Shown here piece after piece: positions 22,070 through 36,027 of a stretch of DNA of 64,000 bases. The DNA lies in NCBI GenBank assembly GCA_038087875.1, contig JAXLNO010002777.1, positions 124,001 through 188,000 of the forward strand. Direction: 5' to 3'. The notes under the pieces were generated by a model that searched no databases, was not told the origin of the DNA, and saw nothing but the letters and a program-made list of their open reading frames with translations. Made by a program: the position numbers and the translations under genes. Positions within the stretch are counted from its first letter, which is position 1; the number at the start of each line of letters is the position of its first letter. The DNA comes from Malacoraja senta (Eukaryota).

Positions 22070-23495
22070 TAATTATCATTGTGATGTTTTAACTATTCAG
22101 AAAGCTGCCATTATCTCCTCATTTGATTCTTCAATGATTCAAAAAAATTGGGATAGATATGTGTCCTTGATCACTGGTGCAAAGCATGGAATATAATAGT
22201 GGCCACTTATTGCACTCTGATTTCAAAATTTGAATTAGTTATAGTCAATAGAACTGCACTTTGGAATCACTGTACAAACAGCTCCAACTTATGCATGTTC
22301 ACTGAAAAGATGAGCGTATATTTCTCCCCCTGTTGTCTCTATCTTTTGTTTTATCCTAAACATTAATGACACTTATCATGCACTTGGTTGTAAATATACT
22401 TCTTGCTAGTTTGATCTCATGTTCTGTTGACACATTCTCACAATTTAGTTGAAGATGTTATTTCAGGCGTGTTATTTTTCTTTCCCTAACTCAAGCAAAA
22501 TATAGCAGCAAAGAATTTTAAAAAAAACAGAGATTAGTGAGGATGTTAAATTTGCCACCAAATAGTACAGTTAATGTGAATACTATGCATGCATTGAAGA
22601 GATAGCTAATTGAAGTCTGAAAAGAGAAAGGAATTGAAAGAATATGCTGGTAGGGTGGAGAAAGTCTTGTGAGGAGCGCAGACAATGGGCCAGATCAGTT
22701 TTGCCTCATGACCAGCTTCTGTGTAGTATTTCAATGTTAGCTCTGAGTTCCTTCTTATCCTGATAGATAGATAGACACATATATAAGATATGAAACCATA
22801 CTCCGTCTACTGAGTTTCCATCAACATCAAGCTCCCATTTACATTAATCCTACACCAATTGCATTTTATCCTCAGAATCGACCGTTCACCTACCTACACG
22901 CCAGAGACAATTTATGAAGCCAGTTTACCTACTGACTCACACGTCTTTGGGATGTGGGAGGAAACTGGAGCATCCGGAATAAACCATGCAACCGCAAAGG
23001 AACCTGCAAACACCAGGCAAACAGAAATAGGAATCAGGATTGAACTTGGATTGTTGGACTTCCTTCTATCTCAGATCTTTGACTTGAGAAATCAGTAAAA
23101 TGGCTCTCTGAGTGCCACCTCTACCACTTGAACGTTTAGAATCAAGTACTCAAGGTGCTTCTGACTGGGGAATTGTACATTGATCATTAATTTCTTTGGC
23201 AGAAGACTAGTCCCTCTGGATTAGTTTCTTCTGTTTAGGTGGTTCTTATCCAAGATTTTTATTATCATCAAAGACATAACCATAAAAACTGCACCTTGAA
23301 ATAAATTAACATGCTAAATGTTTTCCCAAGTCAATCAGCATCTGGAAGAGATGGGTGATGTTTGTGATGTGACTCATCATCAGAGATGGATAACCATAAA
23401 GGAACCCTACCAAACAATTATCCCGTATTTTTCTTAAGAATATTGTGTGTTAAAGCTGTTCATGAAAGTATCTTTTTTATTTTCTCCCTTGACAG

Positions 23496-23573
23496 AATCC
23501 ATGTTTTCGGATGGGCGGCTGTACAATGGTTGTGCAGTGTTCAGGATTTGCTTGTTTTGGGATGTTATTACAG
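23496..23573 (+). CDS. FBXO47: FBXO47 coding exon 4
   Basis: NPCFRMGGCTMVVQCSGFACFGMLLQ (frame not in the ORF track); gacag| ... |gtaag, 78 bp, phases 0/0. Confidence 0.9.
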
Positions 23574-24893
23574 GTAAGACTCAAGCAACACTTTATATGT
23601 CGTAGTTACAGTTATTTTATCGGTGATCTAAAAGGATGTTGAAGGTTCTGGAGATAGAATAGATTTATTTGATATACACAGAAAAACATCTAACTTGGAA
23701 GTCATGCTGGGCAAGTTACAGTAGGAATCTACTAACTTAGAAGGATAATATTGAAACAAAGTCCTGGGTTTTTATGCAGTAAAATAGATCAAAATTGTCC
23801 TCCATGAAGAAAAATGCATTATTATTATTTAATTACTTTATTTTTTAATTGATTTTATCAGTATGTAGGGCATTATTATTATTGGCTGAAGCACATTGGA
23901 ACAAATTTTCTGACAATGTGTTTTGGGCTGTAACTCAATATCACTAAATAATGAAAATATTTAGTCCTTAGTGCTAAACACATAAAAGACTATCAGTGCC
24001 CGATGAACTTACCTTTGCAGTTTTGGAATGTGTAGGGATCAGTACATTGGGCTACCAACATGCTTTGTACACAGTTAGCAATCAGAGATGTGAAGCCTCA
24101 ACGAATATCTTCCCCTTTCTCAAACTGCAGTTATATTACATCCTTACAATGCTGAATTGATACAGATTTTGCCAGTGATCTCATCCCCCTAAAGTATTAT
24201 ATGAGGGCATAGCGTGAAAGGAAGGGAACATTTGGTGAATCATCTTGCCACCTCCTGTTTATTGTCCTATTTACTGAGGGCAGGAGTTGGAAATTGTCAG
24301 GAGTTTGGAGTTCACTCACCTGAAAAGGAATTGAAACAGAAACCCTTACCACATTTAACCAGTGCTGGGAGGAGTACTTGTTGTGGCAGAGCTTACAGAA
24401 GTGTCGACCAAAGGTTGGGAAGTAGCAATAGTTTTAGTAGTTCATATTTGGCTAGAATGGACACAATGGACTGAATGGCCACCATCTGTGCTTCTTCTTA
24501 TCCAGTCCACATCACAAGATTAGAAATTATTCAGCCAGACCTGAACACACTTCTCGGCATCAAGTCAAGTCAAGAGAGGCAAGTCAAGAGAGTTTATTGT
24601 CATGTGTCCCAGATAGGACAATTAAATTCTTGCTTGCTGCAGCACAACAGAATATTGTAAGCATAAATACAGAACAGTTCAGTTCAATATACGCATAAGT
24701 AAACAGATAAAATGCATCTGTATACAATGGCGTCTTGCGCTTCTTGTACGTAGTGGTGGAAAGATTGGTGGAAACAACGCTCTTTCCTTGACCCCACCAT
24801 CTGTGCTGAAATTTTATGAGTTACAGGAAGTGTACATTTTATTTTTGCCTTACAATAAATACTTTCTTGTCTCTTCTTGCCACCTCCTTGCAG

Positions 24894-25002
24894 ACTCTTA
24901 TAGCGGGCTGGGATGAGCTGGAATGTCACCGAGTGTTCAACTTTTTGAATGAAAGTGCAAATCTGCCTCGAAAAATGCAAAGTGTGGTGTGCAGTAGACC
25001 AG
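24894..25002 (+). CDS. FBXO47: FBXO47 coding exon 5
   Basis: TLIAGWDELECHRVFNFLNESANLPRKMQSVVCSRP; phases 0/1. Confidence 0.93.
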
Positions 25003-27681
25003 GTAACAAGTATCGCAATGAAGCAGACATGCTCAGCCTGTAAAACTATGATATGGAAACGCTGTACACATGCAGAATGATAAAAGTAATTTTGCTATTG
25101 CTAGGTCAAAGGATGGTTTGAGGGAAAAGTGACTAAACCCTACATTGTTATAGAAATTAGATTAAATATTTGAAGATACTGTATGGCCATTAACAGTATT
25201 TCGCTTCAGTGAACATGTCATTCCAACTCTGTCTGTTAATTCAGCACCCATGCAATGCTAGACTCAGCAACTCTTTCCAGCCACGAGCCTCAGTGACTAT
25301 CATTAGCAATCACTGTTTGAATAAAAATTAATATGTACAGACAGTAATGATTCAGTGAGTAGGTGAAATCTTGGTATGACACTAAGCTTCACCAACCAGC
25401 AAGTCACAAATGTGATTGCTTCTTTGCATTGAAAGAACTGATTTCCAGCTAATTCAACAGTTGACTTCATTGTCATTCGATTGTACAGAACATGTCCTTG
25501 CATCCAATTGTTTTCTGGTGACTGGAGCTTCCTAATATGCTGGAATAACTTGCTGGCACTTGCAACCAACATTCATGCATGAAAAAGCCCAGCAAAGACA
25601 AAGTTTCATACTGTGGTAGACAAAAGTGCTGGAGAAACTCAGCGGGTGCGGCAGCATCTATGGAGCGAAGGAAATAGGCAACGTTTCGGGCCGAAACCCT
25701 TCTTCATACTGTGGCTAGCACCAACAAGGGGCAACAACTTCAAGGAAACAGGAATGTTGATTTCCTTCCATAATCTTACGTAACTATTTAAATTTAAGCA
25801 AATTCCTTTTTTAAAACTCATTTTTTTATACTCTAAACTAAACTAAATATAAATGATTTTACTTCTGAACATTTACAGTGAATCACATTTAATTATATAA
25901 TGCATTTTACAGAGGATGGAATGATGAAATATACGATACGGCAGGGAAAGAGGCCCTTCGACCCACAGAGTCCATGTCGATCATTGGGCACCCGTTCACA
26001 TTAGTTTTATCCCACTTTCTCATTAATTCCCTACACATTAGGGGCAATTTTACGACGGCCAATTAACCTACAAACCTGTACGTTTTTAGGATGTGGGAGG
26101 ACAACTGGAGGAAACACATGTGGTCGCAGGGAGAACGTGCAAACCCCACGCAGACAGAACCTGAGGTCAGGATCGAGCCTGGGTCTCTGGAGCTATGAGG
26201 CATCAGCTCTATCAGCTGCGCGACTGTGCTGCCCTTATAAACTATTTAGAAAGGAGCTTCACCACTGAATTGATTTGATTCATTGATATAAAATAAATGG
26301 TCCCATGAAATCTCAATGTAAATAGGTTGTCACAAATGGCAATAAACGATCAGTAAACTTTGGCTTAGCCCTATTTGAATGAATTTTGCAGATGCAGTGA
26401 TTAATCTTGCCACCAGAGGCTGCTGAGGTATAATGAAAATTGTATTTATTTTGTCAAGTGAGTAAAAATTTTAAGGTCTCCTGTTAGAGGGTAAAGTTTA
26501 TCAGCCCGATGAAAACATTGTTTGGAAGAACTGAAGTTGAAAGATAGCGTTCTTTAGAATGGTGGTGCACGGTTCTGGTGAGATTTGTGTCTATATTCTT
26601 GTGTGTCTTGGTTTGGTGAGTTTCATACTCCTCACTTGATGGTTGAATGGCAAAAGAACTTGGTCTTTAGCTTTTACCATTGGCATTCTTGGTCTGGTTG
26701 AAACAAGAGGCAACTACAAGGAAAACAAGGATTCCCATCTCTGACCTGGCTCAGGAGAAATGCCTTTTATCCGCTCTGCATATTTGTCACTGGCTGCATG
26801 GCTCATCAGCAAATAACTGCAGGAGAAGTGTAGGTGCTTACTATAGGATTATCACTATTTCAAAGCACATTAGAACACTATAACTGACATAGCACTTTTG
26901 TTGAAGAGACTTTGTGGAAACAACCGTTGCAGAGGGCATAAACTTGTTCAGTGCATCATGTAGCGAATGCAGTTCTGAACCTGTACCTGTGTTTTGTACA
27001 ATATTTTATACGCGTTTTGATGTGGCAGCTGGTCCTTTTCAATTTACAGAAGAAACCATCAGTGATTTCTAGCACAAGAGCCCTCAACTCTTGTTTAGCA
27101 TTTTAAAAGATGTTTCTGCATGCTCAGTGTTTCTTTGTGCTCCTGTGTCATTTTAAGTGCAAATAATACATTGACAATGTTTGTTTGATACAATTACCCT
27201 TTGCAGTTATTTGTCTCATCAGATATATTAGCAATTTTTTTATCATCAAAATCTAAAATTATGGAATTTATATTCTGTTTTTCCCTGCTCCTGTCTCGTG
27301 CGATCTATATGTTTTTAAAATGTAAGCCCTGGTAAATAATTACTTTCTTTTCCTATTTAAATACGTTAGTACATACAGATGATGCTTAATTATTTGCTCT
27401 GAGTTGGAGTTCAAAATGAAATCCTGAGTGCCAGAGTAAGATTGGGTGAAAGGAGAGGGTTTTCATTATTATCTTCTAGATTAAATTGTAATACCTTGCA
27501 TGAACTTTCTATTTCATATTTTTCATGCCTTTAGTTCTCATTCCCAAACTCTTGATTTGCCCACTAAAACAAAATACATATGATGCTATCACACAAAGTC
27601 AATACAATTTGATTCTTATAAATTATGGTTTTAAGTTTCATACAATTCTTTAAATTATTTTTTGCGTTAATTTCAAATTAG

Positions 27682-27858
27682 GTGCAACCAGAAAGCTGGA
27701 GTTACAGATTCGTCTGTTTTACCGACGGGTTCTTCTAGATCACTGGGTACATCAGAGCGATATCGCTTTCTGGCTGACTCGCATCCTTAAACCTTGGCCA
27801 ATGGTCAACCAAGCTAGACTGCTGTACTTGCTCTATGGACCTATGTCCATCAATGATG
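27682..27858 (+). CDS. FBXO47: FBXO47 coding exon 6
   Basis: GATRKLELQIRLFYRRVLLDHWVHQSDIAFWLTRILKPWPMVNQARLLYLLYGPMSIND (manually translated); ttag| ... |gtaag, phases 1/1. Confidence 0.93.
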
Positions 27859-28668
27859 GTAAGAGCTGGTTTCGAACACGTTTCAGTCTTCATGTACTTT
27901 AAAAAAAATCAAGTTCTCTACGATTTTTTGATATCATCTGAATCTGTTAACTGACAACTGTCATTACCTCACTCATGTAAGGGTTTGGACAATGTGTGGC
28001 TAATCTGTCACAAAGTAGACTACCAATATTGTCCATTTTAAACCAAATGTATACAAAAGTATTTAGATTTCAGTAAATTAACATTATCAATAGTGATATC
28101 CCAGAAAAAATCATTTCAAGATTTAATTAAAGGCTTTTCTTTCCCTTTGAAAATTAATTTCCTGCTGTGCCTGCATCTAACTTTCAATGATTCCTGTGCA
28201 ATGATCTATCAATCTCTCGTCATTTAAAAATCACTATCTTTCTCCTTTTCATACATTCACATTTTTCTACATTATATTCTATTTGGCATGTCCTTGCCTG
28301 TTTACTTAACTTGTCTGTATCCCCATGAAGCCTTTTTACATTTTCTTTACAGCCCACACTACCCCCTAGCTGTATATCACTAACAAACATATAAATGTTG
28401 CACTTTTCTCCGATTTTAATACATCATACAAACTGGTTCACCCATTTCTATTCTGCTAATTACAATATCGGAAAACTCTCACCAAATAGTGAAACTAATG
28501 GTGAGATGAAAAATCAACCATGATACTATTGAAAGGTGGAACACATATGAGGGGCCAAATTGCCATTCTCGTTTCTATTTCTTCTGTTTTTCTAAGAGTG
28601 TATGAAATGAATTATTTCTACAATGTTCTATAAATACAACATTTTGTTTGCTTATTTTGAATGTTCAG

Positions 28669-28812
28669 GTCAAATCCATTGGCATCATATGAACCAGATC
28701 CCTGCAGGCGAGGAGAGTATAAAAGGTCTTGCTGCAGCAGTTAGGTTGCTACATGAAAATGCCAAGGAATGGACAGCCGATGACATTTTTACCTTGTTGG
28801 AAGAGTTAGCAG
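28669..28812 (+). CDS. FBXO47: FBXO47 coding exon 7
   Basis: GQIHWHHMNQIPAGEESIKGLAAAVRLLHENAKEWTADDIFTLLEELA; phases 1/1. Confidence 0.92.
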
Positions 28813-29758
28813 GTAACAACTATTTAAACATTCTCAAAGATCATGAGAGATGATCAATGAGTAAAGTACCTAGCTTCAACATTTTAATGTCTTCTGAAAG
28901 AACAATTATTCCCTAACACAATTAAAAATGTGCAAGATTGTCATAGAATGTTGGGAAGATATAACAATTGAATGATTACAGTATTGAAAAAGAAGAAAGT
29001 AAATTCAGAAGAGCATTGATTAATACTATAGAGGCAAGGAATGCTGGAAAATTAAGAATTATTGAGGAGAAGTACAGTGAATGGCATGAGGAACAGAGCT
29101 TGAGGGGATCTTTCTGATTAGGTACATGGTTGGCATTTCGGTAATCCCACCAGCAGCAGGACTATAATATTCCATGGAGTATCCTTGTCTGTAAATATCT
29201 TTCTAATCATCAGACCATTTTGTTAACCAGATGTTTTATTTTTTTTAATACATTGTCTAACATAACATGGGTAGTTGTTGCTAGCAGCATTCTTATTATT
29301 CATTGACAGTTTTCTGCATTTTGTACCTCTGACAGTTAGAGCTTTTGAATTTGCAGCTCTGAATTGTGTGCATTAAAATACCAATTAAAATAGTGCCTAT
29401 CCATTTGGTTGAGTGGGTCCTGTTTAATTATATGTTCCAAATGAGTTGATCTTATTTTCAAGCATTGTTTAGGATGTTAGAGCTGACCCCAGCAAGCTCA
29501 GACTAAGAAGGGAATAGCCTGAAATAAGAAGGGATCAAAGACTCACTCAGGGGTTTGTCTTTTTTTTAGTTTAGTTTATTGTCACGTGTACCGAGGTACA
29601 GCGAAAGGGTCTCTTTCAAGAGACTGGTCCTTGATTATGCTGGTGGCCTTGCAGAGGCAGCGTGAAGTGTAGATGTTTATGCCTTGAGACAAAGCAAAAC
29701 AGAGGAGGGATATGGAACAATTTAAAGGGTACTGATGCATTGTCTTTGTTCATTCCAG

Positions 29759-29901
29759 GGTTTCCCCAAGAATGGCTTCTGGAGAATAGTGCTCGTCTTC
29801 TGATCTGTTGTGGAAATAACATGTGCTTTACATTTCTGGCCAATAAAGCTGTAAATGGGAGGCTCAATGAACTTGCCACACTCATTGTATTCCTATCTTT
29901 G
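29759..29901 (+). CDS. FBXO47: FBXO47 coding exon 8
   Basis: GFPQEWLLENSARLLICCGNNMCFTFLANKAVNGRLNELATLIVFLSL; donor gtgagt, phases 1/0. Confidence 0.93.
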
Positions 29902-30561
29902 GTGAGTGGATAAAACTGAATCAGGTATTATCATCCCGGGAAAGAGTACTTCATATGCTCAGGTATCCTCAAGATAGTACAGTTATGGATGATAAACAAA
30001 GTTGATGTTTTCAATATCTGAATCTTTATTAAGGGCCTTGATAATAAATTTGTAAGTAGTGAGCTGATAACTGAAAGGAGAGATTCTGAAAATTAAGTGT
30101 TTCTAAGATTCTCAAGAGACGTCATGGCATTGAGGTCCACCAGCATTATAAAAATGAGAAGTTGCATAATTACTGTGTTAAGAACATTAATCTTTTGCAA
30201 CTGAATCTTAAATTTGGAAATGATCTAAATTAATAGCAGAAAATTAGCTCTTTATAAGCTGATTACATGGGTCTAGTTTGCAAATACTGTACTGTTTGTA
30301 ATGAAGGTACAGCACCAACTTGTTCAAAATCAATAACATTGACATTACATTGGCAGTCATGCTTGGAGAGAACACGACTGAAATAAAAACAGAAAAGATA
30401 GAATTATCAAGTAAACAATGCCCATTTATGAGAAGAAAAACAGTTAACAATTTATCTTAAAGACGTCTTATCAGAACTTCATCTAAGAATCTCTAGCAGA
30501 GTGTAGTGTTTGTGCTTTTAAGAAAGTATCAACATCAGCAGTCCCTTTCATTTTTGTCTAG

Positions 30562-30721
30562 GTATGTGAAAAGGATGGATATTGCATGGACTGGACTGTG
30601 AAAATGGTTCACAGAATCTGCAAGGTTATAACCAGCAGTGAAAGCAGGTGGAATTTTTTACAGACCATTGAGAAGGTTTTTGCTCGAGTTACCATGGACA
30701 TGATTGAATCATTAATGTTCA
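30562..30721 (+). CDS. FBXO47: FBXO47 coding exon 9
   Basis: VCEKDGYCMDWTVKMVHRICKVITSSESRWNFLQTIEKVFARVTMDMIESLMF; phases 0/1. Confidence 0.93.
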
Positions 30722-31601
30722 GTGAGTACATTTCATGTTTACACTTAATTGGCCTGTACTTTTTATATCATGGATAATTCAAGATGTTACATTGTAATTG
30801 GGGGAGGGGCAGGTGATCGTCTTTGACAAAAAAACAATTCTCCACCAACATTGGTCTTGAGTTCAACAATTATGTAGCATTTTTACTACCTAGCGAAAAC
30901 ATTTTGAGAATCTAATTTAAAAACACATATTGGTATATTATCAATCTGAGCAATGTAAAATATACAAACCTACAATCTAGTACGGGCAACCACCGTGTTA
31001 CCAAGTGTTTGCAGTCTTCGATTTAACCTCAGTAATTTAGAAAGATACAAGTGAATGAACTTCCCTGTGTGTAGGAAAGAACTGCAGATGCTGGTTTAAA
31101 CCGAAGATAGACACAAAATGCTGGAGTAACTCAGCGGGACAGGCAGCATCTCTGGAGGGAAGGAAAGGAGCATCTCTGGAAAGAAGAAAATGAACTTTCG
31201 TGTGTGTTGTACGCAAGTTAAAATCTGAAAGCCACATTACTGAGAAAATTCAGGTAGGGTACGACAAAATTAGCATTTTTAGAGTGAAACAAATGGAAAT
31301 TGTCTGGACATTACTCAGCCATTTCTTTTGTTCAAGATAAGGTTATTTTGTCGTACACTACCTGAATTCTCCAGGCAATGTGGTTTTCAAAATTTAATTT
31401 GTATACAACCCACAAGAAAATTAATTCACTTATATAGGGCGGCACGGTGGCACAGCAGTAGAGTTGCTGCTTTACAGCGCTTGCTGCACCATATCACACA
31501 TGCCTCGAACAACAACAGCCTGCATTTGTGTAGCACCTTGGAACATTCCAAGCCACTTCTCAGGAGTCATTAGCAAATAACATTTGACAGGAATGTTTAC
31601 A

Positions 31602-31900
31602 GGTGGCACGGTGGTACAGAGGGGAGAGCTGCTGCCTCACAGCACCAGAGACCCGGGTTCGATCCTGCTACGGGTGCTGTCCGTATGGAGTTTGTACGTT
31701 CTCCCCGTGACCCCGTAGGTTTTCTTCGAGATCTTCTGTTTCCTCCCACACTCCAAAGACATACAGGTTTGCAGGTTAATTGGCTTGGTAAATGGAAATT
31801 GTCCCTAGTCTGTGTAGGATAGTGTTAATGTGCGGGGATTGCTGGTCGGTGGGCCGAAGGGCCTGTTTCCGTGCTGTATCTCTAAACCAAACTAAACTAA
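31602..31900 (+). mobile_element. V-SINE
   Basis: Same family. Further copies at approx. 3787-4015(-), 10550-10820(-), 25935-26235(-), 35146-35373(+), 42850-43125(-), 43645-43845(-), 47336-47620(-), 56683-56962(-), 61228-61540(+), 61915-62195(-) and 63638-63890(-). Confidence 0.8.
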
Positions 31901-33634
31901 AATTAGTAACAGGGAAAATGCTCAAGTCTATTATATATCTTTCTAAATTACTGAGGTTAGATCTAAGAACACAACCACTAACTAACACGGGAGACGCCCC
32001 TACTGTAAGTAGTAGATTTGAATATTGTAAGGAATATAAATGCAGCTCGCTTTCTCAAGGTGGTTAAAATGCGGCTCTTGTGACAAGATGAATTGGTATG
32101 ATAACATAACATAGGTGTGTTTAAGGATAAGTTAGATGTAGTTGGGGGGGGGAGGGAGGGGGGAGAAAGTATGTGATATTGTCAATTGAAATAGGATTGG
32201 ATGAAGCCCATATGGAGCATAAAAGCCTGACATGGACCTCTTGGGTTGAATGGCTTATTTCTGTTCTCTGTTTAATTTTGTGAAAGGTATCATTTCATTA
32301 TATCATTAGTCAGATTACTGAGAATGGCCTCTTGTGACATCATAAGTTTAGCTGCAGGCATTGACTACCGATCTCAGGCACAGACTGACAAACATAAATG
32401 CCAAATCAATCAAATCGAATGTTCTTTTAAGGAAAGGTTGTCAGTTTGAAGTTATGGGGGTGGGGAAGTCAGAATAAGAAGATAAATTAGTGACAGCATT
32501 GAAACAGGTTCTACTCAAATCTTATTTACATTGTCATGGAAAGTTATGGCAATTGATTGAAAACTGATAAACCTATGCAAAATTGTAGCTGTCTTGTTTC
32601 ATATGCATTGGAATTTTTGCAATAGTGATATGTAAATCTTAATTTTATTCAGTAGCTTTTTCTTTCTAGCTTATTCTGTTCATGTTTGTTCCCATCTGCT
32701 CGCTAATTTATCTCATATTTCTAAGACTTATTGGGTCTGAGCATCTTGGACAGTAACTCAGAATGGGTGATAAGGAATTTGAATATTTTACGTGGTGTTT
32801 GATCGTTTTTCTTTTATTGTGAAAAAGAGTCAGGTAAAATATGAAACAAACTTCTTTGGAAATTTTCCCATTTTGCATTATTCCCCTCCTCCTCCTCTCA
32901 TACTCCCATCACCAGAAAAATATTCACCCTTGTTTCTTCCCAGCAGATGAGCATTAACTGGGAAAACAAGTAACGCTACAAGTGAACTGATTATTAATCT
33001 CGCATTAAAATAAATCCTTCCCCCCCTAGGTAATTTCAGAAATGTTGTACCATTCTTGAATCTATGTCATCTGACACCACCCTCCAACAAATAGAGAATA
33101 AAAATAGCCAGTTTTATCCATTACATTAATGCATTCTGACAGTTCCAGCTCCTTCCAATGCAGGCTCGCAGCTTTCCTCTACCTAAAACAAACAGCTGAA
33201 AAATATGATAGCAATTATGACAATCGGCTTAATAAAGTGCATGTTAGGGAGAAATGGCAAGGTTCTTTGAATAATTTCACTCAAGTGGAATATATCTGTG
33301 AAATAATTCATCCAATTAACTTACATAATATCCTCTCCACCACCTTCATGCTTCTTTTAATCAACATTTCATTACTGAGGTTACAATAAGATTAACCATG
33401 ATCTTATTAAATTCTAAAGCCAGCTTGTGGGCTGAATGGCCTGCTCCTGGTCCTAATTTTCACTCAACTTGCCCTGTGAGATTGGTGTGTGTAGTTAAAA
33501 TGGCTGCGAAAATACTTTCTGTTCCTTTTCTGCTTGATTAGTGCCCAAGGCTATGGGGAGAGATTGGGCAGGCTGGAACTTTATTCCTTGGAGGCTAAGG
33601 TGTGATCTTGGAGAGGCGTATAAAATCATGAGAG

Positions 33635-34232
33635 CAGGGAGGTTCTACTGCAGTTGTACAGGGTCTTGGTGAGACCACACCTGGAGTATTGCGTACAGTT
33701 TTGGTCTCCTAATCTGAGGAAAGACATTCTTGCCATAGAGGGAGTACAGAGAAGGTTCACCAGACTGATTCCTGGGATGGCAGGACTTTCATATGAGGAA
33801 AGACTGGATAGACTCGGCTTGTTGGAATTCAGAAGACTGAGGGGGGATCTTATAGAAACTTACAAAATTCTTAAGGGGTTGGACAGGCTAGATGCAGGAA
33901 GATTATTCCCGATGTTGGGGAAGTCCAGAACTAGGGGTCACAGTTTAAGGATAAGAGGGAAGACTTTTAGGACTGAGATGAGGAAATCATTTTTTACACA
34001 GAGAGTGGTGAATCTGTGGAATTCTCTGCCACAGAAGGTAGTTGAGGCCAGTTCATTGGCTATATTTAAGAGGGAGTTAGATGTGGCCCTTGTGGCTAAA
34101 GGGATCAGGGGGTATGGAGAGAAGGCAGGGATGGGATACTGAGTTGGATGATCAGCCATGATCATATCAAATGGCGGTGCAGGCTCGAAGGGCCGAATGG
34201 CCTACTCCTGCACCTATTTTCTATATTTCTAT
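33635..34232 (+). mobile_element. CR1 LINE 3' fragment nested in an older CR1 fragment
   Basis: ORF 33654-34142 (LVRPHLEYCVQFWSP...RGDLIETYKI...FFTQRVVNLWNSLP) is a CR1 ORF2 C-terminus; flanked by atgagag duplication. The host CR1 continues at 33550-33634 and 34233-34550. Confidence 0.9.
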
Positions 34233-35914
34233 GAGAGGAATTGACAGTTAATTCACAGTCTTTTATCCAGGGTAGGGCAATCAAGAATCAGAGGACATAG
34301 TTTTAAGGCGAAAGGAAAAATTTAATAGGAGCCTGAGGGACAACTTTTTCACTCAAAAGGTCATAAATAGGAGGAGGTAATTAAGGCAGGTACTATAACA
34401 GCATTTAAAAGACACTTGGATAAGTACATGGATAGGAACAGTTTAGAGGGATGTGGGCCAAATTCAGGCAAATGGGACTAGCTTAGATGGGGCATCTTGG
34501 TCGGCATGGAGGAACTGGGCTGAAGGGCCTGTTTCCATGCTATATGACTGTCGAAGTACTTGATTGACTGAGATGAGAGTCTTATTAGTCCATGCCAATT
34601 GGCATCTAATGTTATCTAAAGGACCCCAGTGGTATTCCTATGACGTGGCTGGGAAGGTCTTCTGAAGTGAGTCAAGAATTTTCTTTGCCAAGTGTTGCCA
34701 GGAGGAATATTGTCAATGTGCAGAATTCCAATTCCTGCGTATTCCTATGCCATTCAGCACTATTCTCGAAGGAAACAATGTTTTCAGGAGCACAAGCATT
34801 CAGAACTGTAGCAGTGTTGGTTACTTGGTTTGATCCTAAATTTAGAATGAAACATATGATGGGTCATGAAGATGCAGATTAAAATGGGGTACAGGTGCAG
34901 GTGGTGATCAACAGTGCCACATATATTTGAGCTGCCACATCTATCTGCAATCTTTTCATTTACTATAACAATAATGCTACATGACGGGATGTGGAATATC
35001 CTTGGTGTGAAGACAGGTCTTTGTCTCTCCAAGGACTGATGGTGGTCATTCCTAACAATAGAGTCATGGACAGATGCTTCTGCAGCAGACAGATAGATGA
35101 AGGAGTGGTGAGATAGGCTCATCCCTTTTAGTTTAGTTTAGTTTACGTTCTCCCCGTGACCGCGTGGGTTTTCTCAGAGATCTTCGGTTTCCTCCCACAC
35201 TCCAAAGAGGTACAGGTTTGTAGGTTAATTGGCTTGGGTTTGTATACTTGGTATAAGTGTAAATTGTCCCTAGTGTGTGTAGGCTTGTGTTAATGTGCAG
35301 GGATCGCTAGTCGTTGCGGACACGGTGGGCCGAAGGGCTTGTATCCGCGCTATATCTCTAAACTAAACTAAACTTTGTAACAGTTGTTTTCAATGACAGG
35401 CTGGTGAGACTACTTGAGCAGGAAAAGTTATTTGCAAGCCAGGGTTGAAAGAGGTGACAGACTGCAGTTGCAAAAGATATTGGAAAACTAACTGAATTTA
35501 AAGCAATTCAGCAACTTTTACAATGGATTTTCTGGCCTTTAGTTGCCATTGTTCTTGTTGGTTTTGTTGATTTGTTTTGTTGAAGTAGTAACTTCTCATG
35601 ATGTTTACAGACAATGTGTAGTGGTTGGATTAATGTGTATCAACATGGGGGTATGATCATTAAAATAAATACAGGATAATGACTGGATATCACCCTTTGT
35701 TAATCCTGCTATCTGATGAATTAATAGTATCAGGAAATTCTCCTGTTTAAATCAGTGAAGATTCTTAACTAAGTTGACCTTAAATTTAATAATAATTATG
35801 TGTACTACTCTAATTTTTGTTCTTTGATAGATTTCTGATACTGAAAATCATTTTTCAATCGTTTTAAGCCTATATTGTGGACTAAGCTGTTAATAACTGC
35901 TGTCTGTCCTACAG

Positions 35915-36027
35915 GTGGCCTTGAGGAGGACGAAGGAGTAACATACAACATGTACAATATGGTGAACGCCCAAGCTGAATTTCATAAAGAAATCATGCTA
36001 CATGCCTTCAGCAACGTACTAACGTGA
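35915..36027 (+). CDS. FBXO47: FBXO47 last coding exon (stop TGA 36025-36027)
   Basis: SGLEEDEGVTYNMYNMVNAQAEFHKEIMLHAFSNVLT* matches the FBXO47 C-terminus (AQAxFHKE). The ten exons sum to 1368 nt = 455 aa + stop. Confidence 0.92.
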
